Positions 12,954 to 27,086 are shown, numbered from the stretch's first letter. The stretch is 64,000 bases of DNA from Mobula hypostoma (GCF_963921235.1 NC_086108.1:24676001-24740000), one strand, 5' to 3'. Translations and numbers: made by a program. Notes: generated by a model not told the origin, from the sequence alone.

Positions 12954-13905
12954 TGTAGCCCCCTGGTAAGCCTCAGGCTCGCTCAACTCGCTTTCGTCCA
13001 GGGGAGCAGCCTTCGGCCCCGCCAAACTGGGTAATCAAATTTGTGCAGATGCTGTGTGATGTACCCCACCCCGCCAAATAACAGACAATACACCATATGC
13101 GATTTACAGAATACAATTTATAGATCTTACTGGAACTATGTAATTAATAGAGATACAATATAAAAGGAAAGTAAAAGGCATCAAACTTATCAGAGTTCAA
13201 CCACTTCGTGCACAACCGTTGGAGCTCAATGAATGGGGTCTTCTTTCCACCATGAGATCTCCTCTGACCCCCTCGACCCGCCGACTGGGACCAACCACGG
13301 TGGTTGACCAGAGCACGTCCAGCACGTCCTTCTTCTTCGGTTCTCCTCCCGAAAACCCTGGGCCTCGGACTGCCTCATGGGTCTGATCCTCGCCCAGCTC
13401 ACAGCATCGCGTCTCCTCTCTCTGTCCCCAAGGTGCCTTCTCCCCAAAGCCCACGAAAACAATAGCTTAGAGACACACAAGAAAGAATGACATCTATCCC
13501 AATTGGTTAGCAAATGAATACAATTCTCGTTATCAGTAATTATAACCCAAAGCAACACTCACAACATGCTGGAGGAGCTCAGCAGGTTGGGCAGCATCCG
13601 TGGAAAAGATCAGTCAACGTTTCGGGCTGGAACCCTTTGTCCATCCTGACAAAGGGTGCTGGCCTGAAATGTTGACTGATCGTTTCCATGGATGCTGCCC
13701 AACCTGCTGAGTTCCTCCAGCGTGTTGTGAGTGTTGCTTTCACCCCAGCATCTGCAGTGTATCTTGTGATTATAACCCAAAACAAGCTGCTATAGAGAAC
13801 CACTGTCTCAGCAGTTAACAGTACAGAGAAGTCATTTTATTTTAACATTATGAAGAAGCCATTTTATTCACCTTAGCAGTAACATAAAAGAAGAGACCCC
13901 TTACA
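12954..13905 (-). mobile_element. Solo LTR (TG...CA), same family as 50491-51175 in opposite orientation, containing a nested hairpin
   Basis: Starts tgtagccccctggtaagcc and ends gaccccttaca; it is the reverse-complement homolog of 50491-51175. Flanks are taat / taaa (4-bp TSD with one mismatch). Strand is relative to the other copy only. Confidence 0.8.
13552..13768 (+). mobile_element. Penelope-derived palindromic element with 13-bp TSD, inserted in the solo LTR
   Basis: ~85-bp inverted arms (gcaacactcacaacatgctggagg... / ...cctccagcgtgttgtgagtgttgc) plus a ccagcatctgcag tail. The TSD attataacccaaa is at 13539-13551 and 13769-13781. Confidence 0.85.
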
Positions 13906-14192
13906 TAAATCTCATGCAAGAACAACCCAACTTCTTGGGAGCATTTCACATATGTAACTTCATTCAGAAAATAATAATTTAATTTTTGTTTGCAAGCATA
14001 CTCTGTTTGCCAAAATGAGAAAGCTGATGGTAATGAACTTCTTCAAATATCTGAGATCAGGCCTTCTCAGAAATCAATAGGAACCCCTCCACAAAGTTCA
14101 CAGATGTGTTATGTCGACTCAGACTACCAATAGGTTTAAGAAAATTAACTGTCACTTGTTTGCACCTTAGGTTCTGATTTTTCACCCTCTAT

Positions 14193-15045
14193 TCAAAGTT
14201 TCAAAGGTATATTTATTATCAAAGTATACAACTCTAAAATTCTTCTTCGCTAGATAGCCATGAAACCAAGAAAAAAAAATGGCAGCACAATCATCAACCC
14301 ACCAGATCCCCCTCGCTCACATAAAAAAAACAAAAAGAAAATGAAACAGGAACATATACCCCCGAAACCCCCTTCCTGTACACAGAACACCACCGGAACA
14401 CTGAGCCTGCAAATCCCCCTCCCCTGCAGAAAAAAAACAAACAAGAAATGGAACCAGAGCATCAACCCCCAAACCTCACTTCCCCCTCACAAATAATATG
14501 GGAAAGATTGGGTGAAAATCACAGAACTTAAAAAACTTTAAGACTGAAAAAAGTTCATATGCCAAAATCCAAAACCATATCCATATCCATATCCAAAATG
14601 CAGAAAGCCTTGGTAATATCTTCCAGTCATGGTGGCAGGCTACACAGGCTCCCCTCTCCACCAGCAGAGCGATCCCACCAGGAACCAGAAGGCAGGCACC
14701 CGGCGCTCACCTTCCGCGTTCGCCTTGATGCTTCAATCTCCCTCGACGCTTCAATCGGCCAACAATGGTAGCTTTATGTGGTGAAATGGAGTCAAACATC
14801 AGTTCCCCACCCCCCCACCCCTGCAGCCTCCTCACCTTGAGGCTCACACTCACTGCCTCCCATAATCTTCTAGGAGACAGCAAAGCACTGGATCATCCAG
14901 ATGATCTCCAAACTGCAAATAACAGGCGCCAACAGTCCCAGAAACATATTCAAGACAAAAAGCAGATGTAAAAGACATGAAATAGGTGAAATTAATAGTT
15001 CTGTGGTTTATCCATGGGAGCGTTGTATGTAGGTGCCATCTTGAC
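14193..15045 (-). mobile_element. Non-autonomous LINE derivative (5' CAAGATGGC motif, Rex1/L2-type 3' tail, no RT)
   Basis: Minus strand begins agtcaagatggcacc and ends ...actttgataataaatatacctttgaaactttgaa, the same kind of tail as the LINE ends at ~39800 and ~54880. Confidence 0.55.
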
Positions 15046-16429
15046 TGTCTTGATCCCATCTTGACACCACCTTGATCTTCTACTAAAGAGTGAAGTAATT
15101 TACACCTCCTATTTTTTTGTTCCCTGTACCCACCATCTGGTCTGGTGGAAACACTTCCACTAAATAAAAAATAATTAACAGTATTATTTTGTAAGCCAAA
15201 TTCTCCAACTATTATAATTTTTAGGTCTGAAAAATGAAAATGACTTTATCGAATCTCCTGCCAATATACTGTAGAAAATGTGTGGCCAATTCAGTACATG
15301 ACGTTACCTTAATGATCAAGAAATATGTTAATTCAGCGAAACTCCAAAAATCAAGCACTCCTGTGACTTTGGTAATGTCTGAAAAGCAGATTCTGAACTA
15401 CTGGACATTACATCGGTTATTACTCTAATACACTGTTAACTTGTTTTTTATTCCTTAAGCTATCACCCAGTAATATAACAATGTTTCCAAGGAACCAGAT
15501 GAGAACAAAGGAACCATGGGAAATGGGCTCTGCTGAGCCAAAAGGGGGTGTTAGGAACAAGTTCCAGAAAACACAGAAGTTGAAATAGAGGCCATAGTAG
15601 GTTTAAAGGCAGTCTGAAAGACAGATGCAGTGAGTTCTGTGGGCATGCCGCAAATAGAACATTTTGAGCACAATGCAACGACGTCCAAACATTTGGAATC
15701 CTTGGAAACTGGATTATCAGAGTTTTACTGGAACTAAATATCTGGCGGATTAATCAAGTGTGCAATAAGGAGGTTACCTACCCACGTTGGAACATTCCTG
15801 CCTTCCAGTAGACATAAGGTGATCATTTTAGTTGTCTGTTCTAAAGTATGGGAAAGGAGGTTTCCATTGAACTGTATCTTAGTAAATGTGACAAAAAAAT
15901 CATCACTGCTAATAATACTCCTGTTTCCATTTTACAAAAGACTTCTATATAATATAGCCTCCCAGACTAAATGGAAAATTGAACTTTGTACCAACAGGTA
16001 ACATCACTATCACAGACAATCCTGCACTCGGCTTAGTGCAGCAATATTCAAATGCACAAACGTTTAACTGGTTCACAAGAACTACATGAGAGAGTATTAA
16101 AAAGTTCAGGCTCATTCAACAAGCTAACACAGGTGACAGAATTTAATTATAGATTCAATGGATCATTGTTCCCCACCCGCAGAACCTAAAAGGGAGAAAA
16201 ATAGAACTGTCAATGTAACAGAGGAACATATCTATTTTCAAAATAAAGACCAATATAATTAATTTTACATGCAGGTGATAAGTTAGAACTGGTGAATGGA
16301 ATTAAGAACTTTGTGAGTCGCTTTTTAATCAAGGCAACATCAAAATCTAATTTTGAAAGAAAAATAGAATTCTCTTCTTTAGCATTGCACCCCTCTAAGG
16401 ACTCTCCTGCCCTTCCAATGTTGCCCTCA

Positions 16430-16890
16430 GAATCAGCTTTTTTCTATCACTGACATATGCTGTGAAATCTGTTGTTCTGCAGTAGCATTACAGTGAAATA
16501 CATACAAAAATTACAATAAAAATATAAAAAATAAAGAAATAGTGCAAGAGAGAAAGATAGTGAGGCATTCAGTGTTCATGGAACATTCAGAAAACTGATG
16601 GTGGAAGGGAAGAAGCTGTTCCTGAGTATACATCTTCAGGCTCCTGTACCTTCTCCCTGATGGTAATGTTGAGAAGAGGGCATGCCCTAGTTAATGAAGG
16701 ACCTTAATGATGGATACTGCTTTTTCAAAGCAGGACCTTTTCAAGGTGTTCTCAGTGGTGGGGTGGCTAATGCCCAAGATGGAGCTGTCTGAGTCTACAG
16801 CCCTCTGAAGCTTTTTCTAATTCTATATATTGGAGACTCCACATTGGTTGGTGATGCAACCAGTCAGAATGCTCTCCTGGTGCACATGTA
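16430..16890 (-). mobile_element. Rex1/L2-like LINE 3' fragment
   Basis: Homologous to 51475-51865 (atatgctgtgaaatctgttg, ctgatggtggaagggaagaagctgttcctga, caggctcctgtacc). Confidence 0.75.
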
Positions 16891-17547
16891 GAAACATGTT
16901 CAAGTCTTTGGTCCTGCTGTGTATCCCAGATTTTCTTTGCTATTTAGCTACTCAATCTCAAAGTTATATTACTTTTAAAAATCTCCTTTTAAGGAAGTAC
17001 CCCTTTGAACAACATTTCAGTCACCTGCATTTATACATGTTTATGTGACTTGCTGTTCTGTTCCATCAGATAACACTTTTGTAAAATGAAATGGAATATT
17101 CAATTACTTCGACAAATGCATTATTTAATTTTCAGTGTTGATGTTTTTAAGGTCTGGTACATGTCTCTTGAGAAAATCCTGTAGTTATTAGTCAGGATCT
17201 TAGCTCATCATCATATCCAAGAAATAGATTTATGTGTAAAACTTTAAAATGTTACCGCAATTACATCTATTAGAGTTATGAAACTACTGCACTGTGTATG
17301 ACCAAAAACTGTTAGGAGCTTGGTGCTAATCTAGCACTCAGCATGCAAATTTCCTTTGCATACACCCTACATTAAAATAGATTTGAAGTTAGCTTGGATA
17401 TCCATTAAAATTGACATGGAAATATGTGCTGAGAAAGCTCAAATTTACAATATGAGTGCCTAGATATGAGCCACAGAGAAGTTCTACCTCCCATACTGTA
17501 ATCACATCTTGAATATTTCTTTCTCTTTAAGATTTTGATCAAAATTT

Positions 17548-20435
17548 CATAGAACATAGAACATAGAATGGTACAGCACAGTACAGGCCCTTCGGCCCCC
17601 ATTGTTGTGTCGACCTTCAAACCCTGCCTCCAATATAACCCCCATAACACCCCACCTTAAATTCCTCCATATACTTGTCTAGTAGTCTCTTAAATTTCAC
17701 TAGTGTATCTGCCTCCACCACAGTGTATTCCATGCACCAACTACTCTCTGAGTAAAAAACCTTCCTCTAATATCCCCCTTGAACTTACCACCCCTTACCT
17801 TAAAGCCATATCCTCTTGTACTGAGCAGTGGTGCCCTGGGGAAGAGGCGCTGGCTATCCACTCCTTCTATTCATCTTAATATCTTGTATACCTCTATCAT
17901 GTCTCCTCTCATCCTCCTTCTCTCCAAAGAGTAAAGCCCTAGCTCCTTTATTCTCTGATCATAATCCATACTCTCTAAAGCAGGCAGCATCCTGCTAAAT
18001 CTCCTCTGTATCCTTTCCAATGCTTCCACATCCTTCTTATAGTGAGGCGACCAGAACTGAACACAGTACTCCAAGTGTAGCCTAACCAGAGTTAAATTGA
18101 GAGGCGTCATTACCTCGTGACTCTTAAACTTTATCCCTTGACTTATGAAAGCTAACACCCCATAAGCTTTCTTATCTACCCTATGTACCTGCGAAGCAAC
18201 TTTCAGGGATCTGTGGACATGTACTTCCAGATCCCTCTGCTCCTCCACACTACCAAGTATCCAGCCATTTACTTTGCACTCTGCCTTGGAGTTTGTCCTT
18301 CCAAAGTGTACCACCTCACACGTTTCCGGATTGAACTCCATCTGCCACTTCTCAGCCCACTTATGTAACCTGTCAATGTCTCTCTGCAATCTTCAACAAT
18401 CATCTACACTATCCACAACACCACCAACCTTTGTGTTATCTGCAAACTTGCCAACTCACCCTTCTACCCCCAGATCCAGGTCGTTAATAAAAGTCACGAA
18501 AAGTAGAGGTCCCAGTACCGATCCTTGTTGGACACCACTAGTCACAAACCTCCAATCTGAATGTACTCCCTCCACCACAACCCTTTGCCTTCTGCAAGCA
18601 AGCCAATTCTGAATCCACCTGGCCAAACTTCCCTGGATCCCATGCTTTCTAACTTTCTGAATAAGCTTACCGTGTGGAACCTTGTCAAATGCCTTACTAA
18701 AATCCATACAGATCACATCCACTGCACTATCCCTAATTACCCAGACTATCCCTACCACCTATTTTGAACAAGGGGACAACATTCGCCTCCCTCCAATCCT
18801 CTGGTACCATTCCTGTGGACCATGAGGACATAAAGACCCTAGCCAGAGGCTCAGCAATCTCTTCCCTCGCCTCGTGGAGCAGCCTGGGGAATATTCCGTC
18901 AGGCCCCGGGGACTTATCCATCCTAATGTATTTTAATAACTCCAATACCTCCTCTGCCTTACATGCTCCAGAACATCAACCTCACTCATATTGTCCTCAC
19001 CGTCATCAAGTTACCTCTCATCGGTAAATAGCAAAGGGAAGTATTCATTGAGGACCTCGCTCACTTCCACAGCCCCCAGGCACATCTTCCCACCTTTATC
19101 TCTAATCGGTCCTACCTTCACTCCTGGCATCCTTTTGTTCTTCACATAATTGAAGAATGCCTTGGAGTTTTCCTTTACCCTACTCGCCAAGGCCGTCTCA
19201 TGCCCTCTTCTTGCGCTTCTCAGCCCCTGCTTAAGCTCCTTTCTTGCTACCCTATATTCCTCAATAGACCCATCTGATCCTTGCTTCCTAAAACTCATGT
19301 ATGCTGCCTTCTTCCACCTGACTAGATTTTCTACTTCACTTGTCACCCATGGTTCCTTCACCCAACTATTCTTTATCTTCCTCACCGGGACAAATTTATC
19401 CCTAACATCCTGCAAGAGATCCCTAAACATTCACCACATGTCCATAGTACATTTCCCTGAAAAAACATCATCCCAACTCACACCCGCAAGTTCTAGCCTT
19501 ACAGCCCATAATTTGCCCTTCCCCAATTAAACATTTTCCTGTCCTCTCTGATTCTGTCCTCTTCCATAATAATACTGAAGGCCAGGGAGCGATGGTCACT
19601 GACCCCAGATGCTCACCCACTGAGAGATCTGTGACCTGACCCAGTTCATTACCTAATACTAGATCTAATATGGCATTCCCCCTAGTCGGCCTGTCAACAT
19701 ACTGTGACAGGAGTCTGTCCTGGACACATTTAACAAATTCTGCCTCGTCCAAACCCTTGGAACTAATCAGGTGCCAATCAATATTTGGGAAGTTAAAGTC
19801 ACCCATGATAACAACCCTGCTATTTTTGCACCTTTCCAAAATCTGCCTCCCAATCTGCTCCCTGGTATCTCTGCTGCTACCAGGGGCCCTATAGAATACT
19901 CCCAATAGAGTAACAGCTCCCTTCCTGTTCCTGACTTCCACCCATACTGACTCAAAAGAGGATCCTGATACATTACCCACCCTTTCTGTAGCTGTAATAG
20001 TATCCCTGACCAGTAACGCCACCCCTCCTCCCCCTTTCCCCCCTCTCTATCCAGGAATATTGAGAATCCATTCCTGCCCTGGTGGCAGTCAAGTCTCTGT
20101 AATGGCCACTACATCATAATTCCATGTATATTCCAAAGCCCTCAGTTCATCACCCTTGTTCCTGATGCTTCTTGCATTGAAGTACACGCACTTTAGCCCT
20201 TCTACCTTCCTACCTTTACACCCTTTATTCTGCTTCTCTTTCCTCAAAGCCTCTCTATATGTTAGATCTGGCTTTACTCCATGCACTTCTTTCACTGCTC
20301 TATCGCTCCGGATCCCATCCCCCTCGCAAATTAGTTTAAACCCTCTCTGACTGTCACCCAACGACTGCTTCTGGCAGCCTAGGTGTGACTACCTCCCTGT
20401 AGCTCTCATCTATGACTGCCTCATTCTCCCTTACC
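17548..20435 (-). pseudogene. CR1 LINE, ORF2 endonuclease+RT with frameshifts and internal deletions
   Basis: ORF pieces [78 protein letters not shown] and HLEYCVQFWSP. A (catagaa)n tail on the plus strand is at 17548-17568. Confidence 0.92.
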
Positions 20436-21001
20436 AGTTTCTTATTGGAACATAGTGGTGATGCATAATATCAATATAAAATAAAAAGAGAAAATAATGT
20501 TCTATTTCCAAGTACAATATTGAGAAAGCAATTCAGTTGACAACCTAAAATAATTTGATCAGAAACAATACTGGATATTATTCCCCTGCTATCTTCATGG
20601 CCCTAATTTTAGCTGTGCTGTGCTGACAAATAGTCTCCATCATAGAAACCTTCAGTACAATTAAACACTAAACAAAGAATGTCTATTAACAGAGAAAAAT
20701 GTAAAACAGTGGGTTGAAGATAAATCTGTTTAGAAGTCTAAGAATTGAATTTTTATGGAAAGAAGTTCTGTAAATAGTCTAAGATTGGAAAGAAGCCACA
20801 TATTTTTCTGCTAATACAGTAGACAAAAAGGAAAGCTTCTCAGTCAGATACACAGAGAACAAACGATGATGCTCACACAAGAACTTTAGGAACAATTTAG
20901 ATTGATTTTGGACAACATAACACACCTGCTAAAAATGTTCATAAATTCATTTGCATTTGTACAATGACAGCTTGGTTACTTCCAACAATGAAGTTAACTA
21001 C

Positions 21002-21139
21002 AATCAAAGGTTATGGGGATAAAGCAGGAACTGGATACTGATAGTGGATGATCAGCCATGATCACAGTGAATGGCGGTGCTGGCTCGAAGGGCCGAATGG
21101 CCTACTCCTGCACCTATTGTCTATTGTCTATTGTCTATT
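21002..21139 (+). mobile_element. Very short CR1 3' end (same subfamily as 11075-11709)
   Basis: aatcaaaggttatggggataa...cagccatgatcacagtgaatggcggtgc...(tgtctat)n closely matches 11578-11709. Confidence 0.88.
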
Positions 21140-21189
21140 ATGAGATCAGGAGAAAGAATATGCTCCGAAACACCAATGTAAAACTCTGA

Positions 21190-21940
21190 CATACCATAGG
21201 ACCATCATAAGTCATAGGAGCAGAAACATGCCATTCAGCCCATCGAGTCTGGTCTGTTGTTCCATCATGGCTGACCCTGGATCCCACTCAACCCCCATAC
21301 ACCTGCCTTCTTATCAAATGCTTTGATACCTTGACACATCAATTTCCACTTTAAATATATCCACAGACTTGGCCTCAATTGCAGTCTGTGGCAGAGCATT
21401 CCACAGATTCACTACTCTCTGGCTAAAGATATTCTTCATTACCTCTATTCTAAAAGTTTATCCCTCAATTTTGAGGCTGTGCTCTCTAGTTCTGGATACC
21501 CCAAACATCCTCTCCACATCCACCTTATCTAGAACTTTCAACATTTGGTAACTTTCAACAAGATCACCCTGTGTTCTTCTAAATTCCAGTGAGTACAGGC
21601 CCAATGCTGCCAAATGCTCCACATATGTTAACCACTTCATTCCCAGAACCATACTCATGAACTTCCTTTGCATTTTCTCCAATGACAACACATCCTTTCT
21701 GAGATATGGGGCCCAAAACTGTTGAGAGTTCTCTAAATGTGACCTGACTGGTGTCTTACAAAGCCTCAGCATTATCTCCTTGCTTTTATTAATGTTCTCT
21801 TTTTTCCCCTTGAAATAATCATCATATTTGCCTTCTTTACCACAGACTCAACTTAGAAATTAAACTTCTGGGATTCTTGCATCTCTGATGTTTGACTTTT
21901 TTTGCACATTTAGATAATAGTCTGCATTATTGTTCCTCTC
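21190..21940 (-). mobile_element. CR1 LINE 3' fragment
   Basis: ORF 21458-21772 reads HLENSQQFWAPYLRKD..LGLYSLEFRRTQGDL, with a CR1-type 3' UTR at ~21200-21300. Confidence 0.85.
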
Positions 21941-21942
21941 CC

Positions 21943-22830
21943 CTACCTTCTCTTGATGGAAGCAACGAGAAGAGGGCATATCCTGCGTTAAGGGGATCCT
22001 TAATGATGGCCTTCTTGAGTCATAGCCTTTTTGAAATGCCCTGGATGCTGTGGACGCTAGTGCATATGATGGAGATGGCTGAATTTGCAACTTCCTGCAA
22101 CTTAGTGGACTCTCCATATCAGACAGTGATGCAACTGGGTAGAATGCTCTCTGCAGTACACCTGTAGAAATTTACAGGTGTCTTTGGTGACATACAAAGA
22201 CTCAAACTCCAATGAAATATAGCTGCTGTTGCACCTTCTTTGTAATTGTATCAATATGTTGGGCCCGGGATAAGTCTTCAGAGACTTTGACACAAAGGAA
22301 TGTGAACTGCTTGCCCTTTCCACTGTTGATCGCCTGATGAGGACTGATGTCTGATCCCGTGACCACTTCGTCCTGAAGACCACAATCAATTCTTTGGTTT
22401 TACTGATGTTGAGTGCAAGGTTGTTGTTGTGACACCACTCAACCAGCTGATCTATCTCACTCCATTATGCCTCCTCATCACCATCTGAAATATGGCCAAC
22501 AATAGATGTAGCTGTGCCTACCCACACAGTCCTGGGTGTAGAAGGAGTAGAGCAGTGGGCTGAGCATGAACCCTTATAAGGCACTAGTGTTAACTGCCAG
22601 TGAGGAAATATCATTTCCAATCCGCACAGACTTTGATCTCTTAGTGGAGTGTTGCAGAGGGAAGTACAGAAGCCCAGGTTTTGGAGCTCTTTGATTAGAA
22701 CTGAGTTTATAATTGTGTTGAATGCTGAATTGTAATCAATAAAAAGCAGCCTAACATAGCTATTACTGTTGCCCAAGTGATCTAAGGCTTAGTGGAGAGC
22801 CAGTGAGAATGCATCTATTACGGTGATATT
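21943..22830 (-). mobile_element. Degenerate Rex1-like LINE RT fragment
   Basis: ORF 22465-22776 contains [16 protein letters not shown]; the 3' part is shared with other Rex1-like copies. Confidence 0.8.
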
Positions 22831-22834
22831 GCAG

Positions 22835-23230
22835 TCATTCCCTCCCCACTGATCCTTCTCCAGGCACTTATTCCTGCAAGCCTTTGCTACAACCTGCTTC
22901 TACATTTCTTTCATTACCAGCATTTAAGGCACTAAACAACCTTTTAGGTGAGGCAGCACTTTACTACTGAATCCATCAGTGCCATTTATTGCATCCTGCA
23001 CTCTGAGCCTCCATTACATCAGTGAGAGCCTTTGAAAGATCATAGAGCACCTTCATCTCACCCACCAGTGAGAGCCAACGTATGCTGGGATATCACTGAG
23101 CATCTTCTTTCCTTCCACCATAACAACTAGGAATTCCTGGTGGTCATCCATGTTAATTTCACTGTCAAGTCGCACATTGATATGTCTGTCTAAACTTCTT
23201 CTATTTCCAACATCAAGGCCAGGCTTTATT
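22835..23230 (+). mobile_element. Degenerate Penelope-like GIY-YIG region
   Basis: ccaggcacttattcctgcaag, taggtgaggcagcacttta and ttacatcagtgagagc are similar to the reverse complement of 62340-62560. Confidence 0.5.
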
Positions 23231-23234
23231 TTAG

Positions 23235-25080
23235 AGTGTGCTTAAAACCCCCCACTATGACAACCATATTGTTCCTGTATCTTCCCACAATTACATTTCT
23301 GTTCTTCCAGCTCTCAGTGTCTGTTGGGGTACCTATAAAATAATCCCATCAATGTAATTGCATCCTTCTTATTTCTGAGCTACTACCCAAGTTGCCTCTG
23401 TGGATGAGCACTCCAGTGGGTCCTTTGAGTACTGTTGTGACTTTCTCCCTTATCAGTAGTACAACCTGTCCAGCTCTTCTAACCCCTCTCTCAATCACAT
23501 CTAAAACAATGAAACACAGGAGCACTGAGCTACTTGCCCTTTCTTGCACACACCCAGGTCTCTGCAAAGTATTGTAACAGCCACTGAAATATAATTAATG
23601 TAATGTAATACTTACTGAGAGCTGAAAGATTATGGAATAACATAATGCCACTTCAAATTCATCCTCCTTACTCCTAGTGTTCAAATATTTCAGTTCATCT
23701 GTTCCACGTTTACTAGCCCGCCACTTGCTGCCCTTACTTTCGGTCTTACCTGTCAAACCATCTTTCTTGCCTTCAACCCCACCACCTGCATCCTGCTGCT
23801 TGGTTCTATCTTAATTCCTTCCAAGTAGAACTAATAAAGCTCCCAGCAAAAAACCTCCCAGCAAAAATATTGGTTCCCTTCCAGCTGAGATGGAAGCTGT
23901 CCTGTTTGTACAGATCCCACCTGCCCTAGAAGAAAGCCCAATGATCCATAAACCTGAAGTCCTCCCTCCTGCATCAATCCTCTGGCTATGAATTGAACTG
24001 CACTCTGTATTTATTTCTCACCTCATCAGCATGTAACATGGGTAGTAATCCTGAGATTACAACTCTGGAAGTCCATTTTTTTTTAACTTAATTCCCTTAA
24101 ATCCCTTTGCAGGCCCTCATGCCTGCTCCTGCCTATGCCATTGGTATCTATATGGACCACAGCCTCTGGCTGTTCATACTCACCTCTCAGAATATCCTGT
24201 ATCTGCCTGAAATATCCTTGACCCTGATCCCATGGAGGCAACATAGCATCTGCAGTCTCAATTGTGGCAGAGCAAAGCCTTTTGCTATTGAGTCCTCTTT
24301 CACTATTGATCTGCCTGACACTCTTTGCTCTTTTGCCTCATATCCAACTACTGCTGCTGGCCTCTGAAGGATCAACAATGCCCCCAACCCCCACCAATGT
24401 CCAAAGGGCTATACCTGTAAGTGAAGGGAATGACCACAGACTCTACTCTATCAGCCTACTCCCCTTACTTCTAGACCTCAACCATTCATCTGTAGGCTGC
24501 ACCTAAAGTGAGACCACATCACTAAACCTCTCATCTATAACATCCTCAGAATTCCAGATGATCCCAAGTGCATATTCTTCAGGTCCAGCTCCTTGATGTG
24601 ATGTATCAGGAGCTGCAGCTAGGTGAACTTCCCACAATGGGGTGACTGTGAGGTTCTCTGACTTTTCGTATAATTTGTCATGTCCTATAGTATTGGACAT
24701 TTCTACCCTGAAAGATTCTGACACTTTTCCCTGTCTATGCTTCTCATAATCTTATAAACTTCTATCAGATATCTTTGACAGCAACGCTCCAGCACAAACA
24801 ACCCAAGATTTTTTAATCACTTCTTGCATCTAATACCTTTAATCCAGAGATCCTCCTGGTAAACCTCCTTGTAACCCTTCCAAAGTGTTCACGTCTAGGA
24901 CAACTAGAATTGCAAACCAAGGTCTAAATCCAGCTAAACTAAAGTTTTATAGAGTTGAAAAGTAAATTCTTTGCTCTTATATTGTGCCATTAACTGGTTC
25001 CTTTTCCTTTACATTTGATCTTTCAGAGTGCAGCACCTCCCATTTGTTCAGATTAAATTCCATCTGCCATTTCTGCATAT
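23235..25080 (-). mobile_element. Old CR1 fragments (ORF1 esterase region, endonuclease, 3' RT pieces)
   Basis: 23880-23990 is the reverse-complement homolog of the CR1 ORF1 segment at 33140-33250. Endonuclease-like GQVVLLIREKVT lies in ORF 23349-23567, and gattaaattccatctgccatt at ~25050. Confidence 0.65.
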
Positions 25081-26539
25081 AAGATATGGATATGGATACT
25101 GAGTAGAGTATATCCATCAGACAGATGTTCAAGTTCCAATGGATGCTCAGTTGGGTAAATAGGGGGAGCTTGAGCCAGCATTCATGACCTGAGATAGGAA
25201 GTCAGGCTTAAGCTCAATACAATCTTACTCTATTCTCTGGTGCACAGTTACTTCGACTGATGCTCAACATTAGTTTTTCTGAAAATGTAAGCTTTTATCA
25301 ACTTCCCCACTACAAATTTGATAAATCATGAATTTTTCATGTTCTCAAGTTCAAGACTTTATCAGTTCCTTCCTTTTTTTAAGGGATTCATAGACACTAG
25401 TCTGTTTCTATTGACCACAATATCTCATTTTTAAGATATCAACCACCTCTTGTTCCATCGGTCACTATATTCTGCACATCAAATATTTCAGCATCTTAAT
25501 TCCAGTTTCTCCTTATCATCACAAATCACAGACATAATTTCCATTATGTGGCTGCAAAGCTTACTTTTAAAACATTTGCTTCCATTTACTATTGGTCAGG
25601 GATTTACAAAATTAATATGTTGGTTACACTTAAGTTCTTGGTCAGAGGCTTCAGGCATCTCATGAAATTACCAAATTTCCTTCTACAAATGTAATGCTAG
25701 TATTTTTTTCTTCAGTTTTGAGGAGCGAGAAGAAGTCTATTTCTTTTCCTGAGGCCACAATTCAAGTTTGAGAACTCCTGCAAAGACTAATGTTCCTTTC
25801 ATTGTTGAGATAGTTATGAAACCTTTTCATCGTTCTTCTAGTTTTCCATAAAACAACTGAATGGGCTTTGAAAAGTAATAAACACTTACATAATCAAATC
25901 ACAATTCTGCACTCCTTTATCAGAAATTGATACCCACGAGAGTAATTTGGAAATTAAATCCTCAAAATGGCATGTTTTCCTTTGAATGTTGTTGATTTAA
26001 CAGCAAGTAGGAAACTAGATATTTCTACTGGGCAGAATCCTCATTCTTTCTGAATTGTTTCTGATGTTTGGGCAGATTATGTCATCTAACATAGAGGTTT
26101 CAGGATGAGTTGGCTACTTAGTTGAGAAAAGTGGGATACTGTACACATCTGTGTGAGTTATCTCAGAAACAAAGATATCAGAAGAGTTATAACAGTACAT
26201 AAAGGTTATTCTTACAGAGTACAACAATGAGAGTAGTATCTGATCAATGGTGAAGTACCTGATAGAATTCAAACATTTTGATACAGTAAAGACTAATAAC
26301 CAGCTGTATTGAGTTCCAAATCATCCGAGATCCATTGTCTAACTAATCAACCATTACTATCTGATTTTCAACTGATTCCCAATTTGAATTTGACCATTTG
26401 GCATATCAAATCTATGCCAGCTCCTTACCAAGCCATCCTATTGATCCCATCTCTCTCCTTATTCTGCTATGTTATTCTTCAACTTGTTCTTTCATTTACG
26501 TCCATCAACTTCATCCAATTCTTTGACCACCTATCTAGA

Positions 26540-26715
26540 TCAGGGATAACTTATTGTGGTCAACTGATCTACCAACGTGTAGGAGGAAACAGAATGACAC
26601 AGCAAAAATGCACATGATCACACAGAGACATACAATCACGACACGAACAGCACTGGAGGTCAGAACTGAAACTGAACCCTCTGAAGTTCTCAGCCAGACC
26701 GCTAATTCCTGCTGC
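26540..26715 (-). mobile_element. Degenerate V-SINE/HE1-like SINE
   Basis: gtaggaggaaacagaatgacacagcaaaaatgcacatgatcacacagagacatac resembles the V-domain consensus as I recall it; highly diverged. Confidence 0.4.
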
Positions 26716-26868
26716 AATGTCCATCATAACTTGGTCAACTGCATCCAATTTGAAAAAAAATGGATCAATGTAAGTTTACGTGCAATGATTAAATGTGCTA
26801 CAGCTTACCTTGAACACCAGTCCTTATATATGGAAAGCTAATCCACAGGATGTTCTTTCCATGCAATT

Positions 26869-27086
26869 AACACACATAAAAGTTGCTGGTGAACACAGCA
26901 GGCCAGGCAGCATCTCTAGGAAGAGGTGCAGTCGATGTTTCAGGCCGAGACCCGTTGTCAGGACTAAGTGTCTCGGCCTGAAACGTCAACTGCACCTCTT
27001 CCTAGAGATGCTGCCTGGCCTGCTGTGTTCACCAGCAACTTTTATGTGTGTTGCTTGAATTTCCAGCATCTGCAGAATTCCTGTTG
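26869..27086 (+). mobile_element. Penelope-derived palindromic element with 13-bp TSD
   Basis: 83-bp arms at 26869-26951 and 26970-27052 (2 mismatches), an 18-nt loop, then a gcttgaatttccagcatctgcag tail. The TSD tttccatgcaatt is at 26856-26868 and 27087-27099. Confidence 0.9.

Noticed and set aside
14574..14596. (ccatat)n microsatellite producing WIWIWIW/ISISIS peptides
   Set aside because: A short simple repeat inside a TE with no coding support.
15463..15678. Possible coding exon in unique sequence
   Set aside because: No ASTN1-like peptide was found in the frames I read and there is no convincing splice-site pair.
26869..27052. Pre-miRNA or TIR-type MITE
   Set aside because: The arms are the Penelope terminal repeat. 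The asymmetric tail and 13-bp TSD do not fit a standard DNA MITE, and there is no expression evidence for a miRNA.
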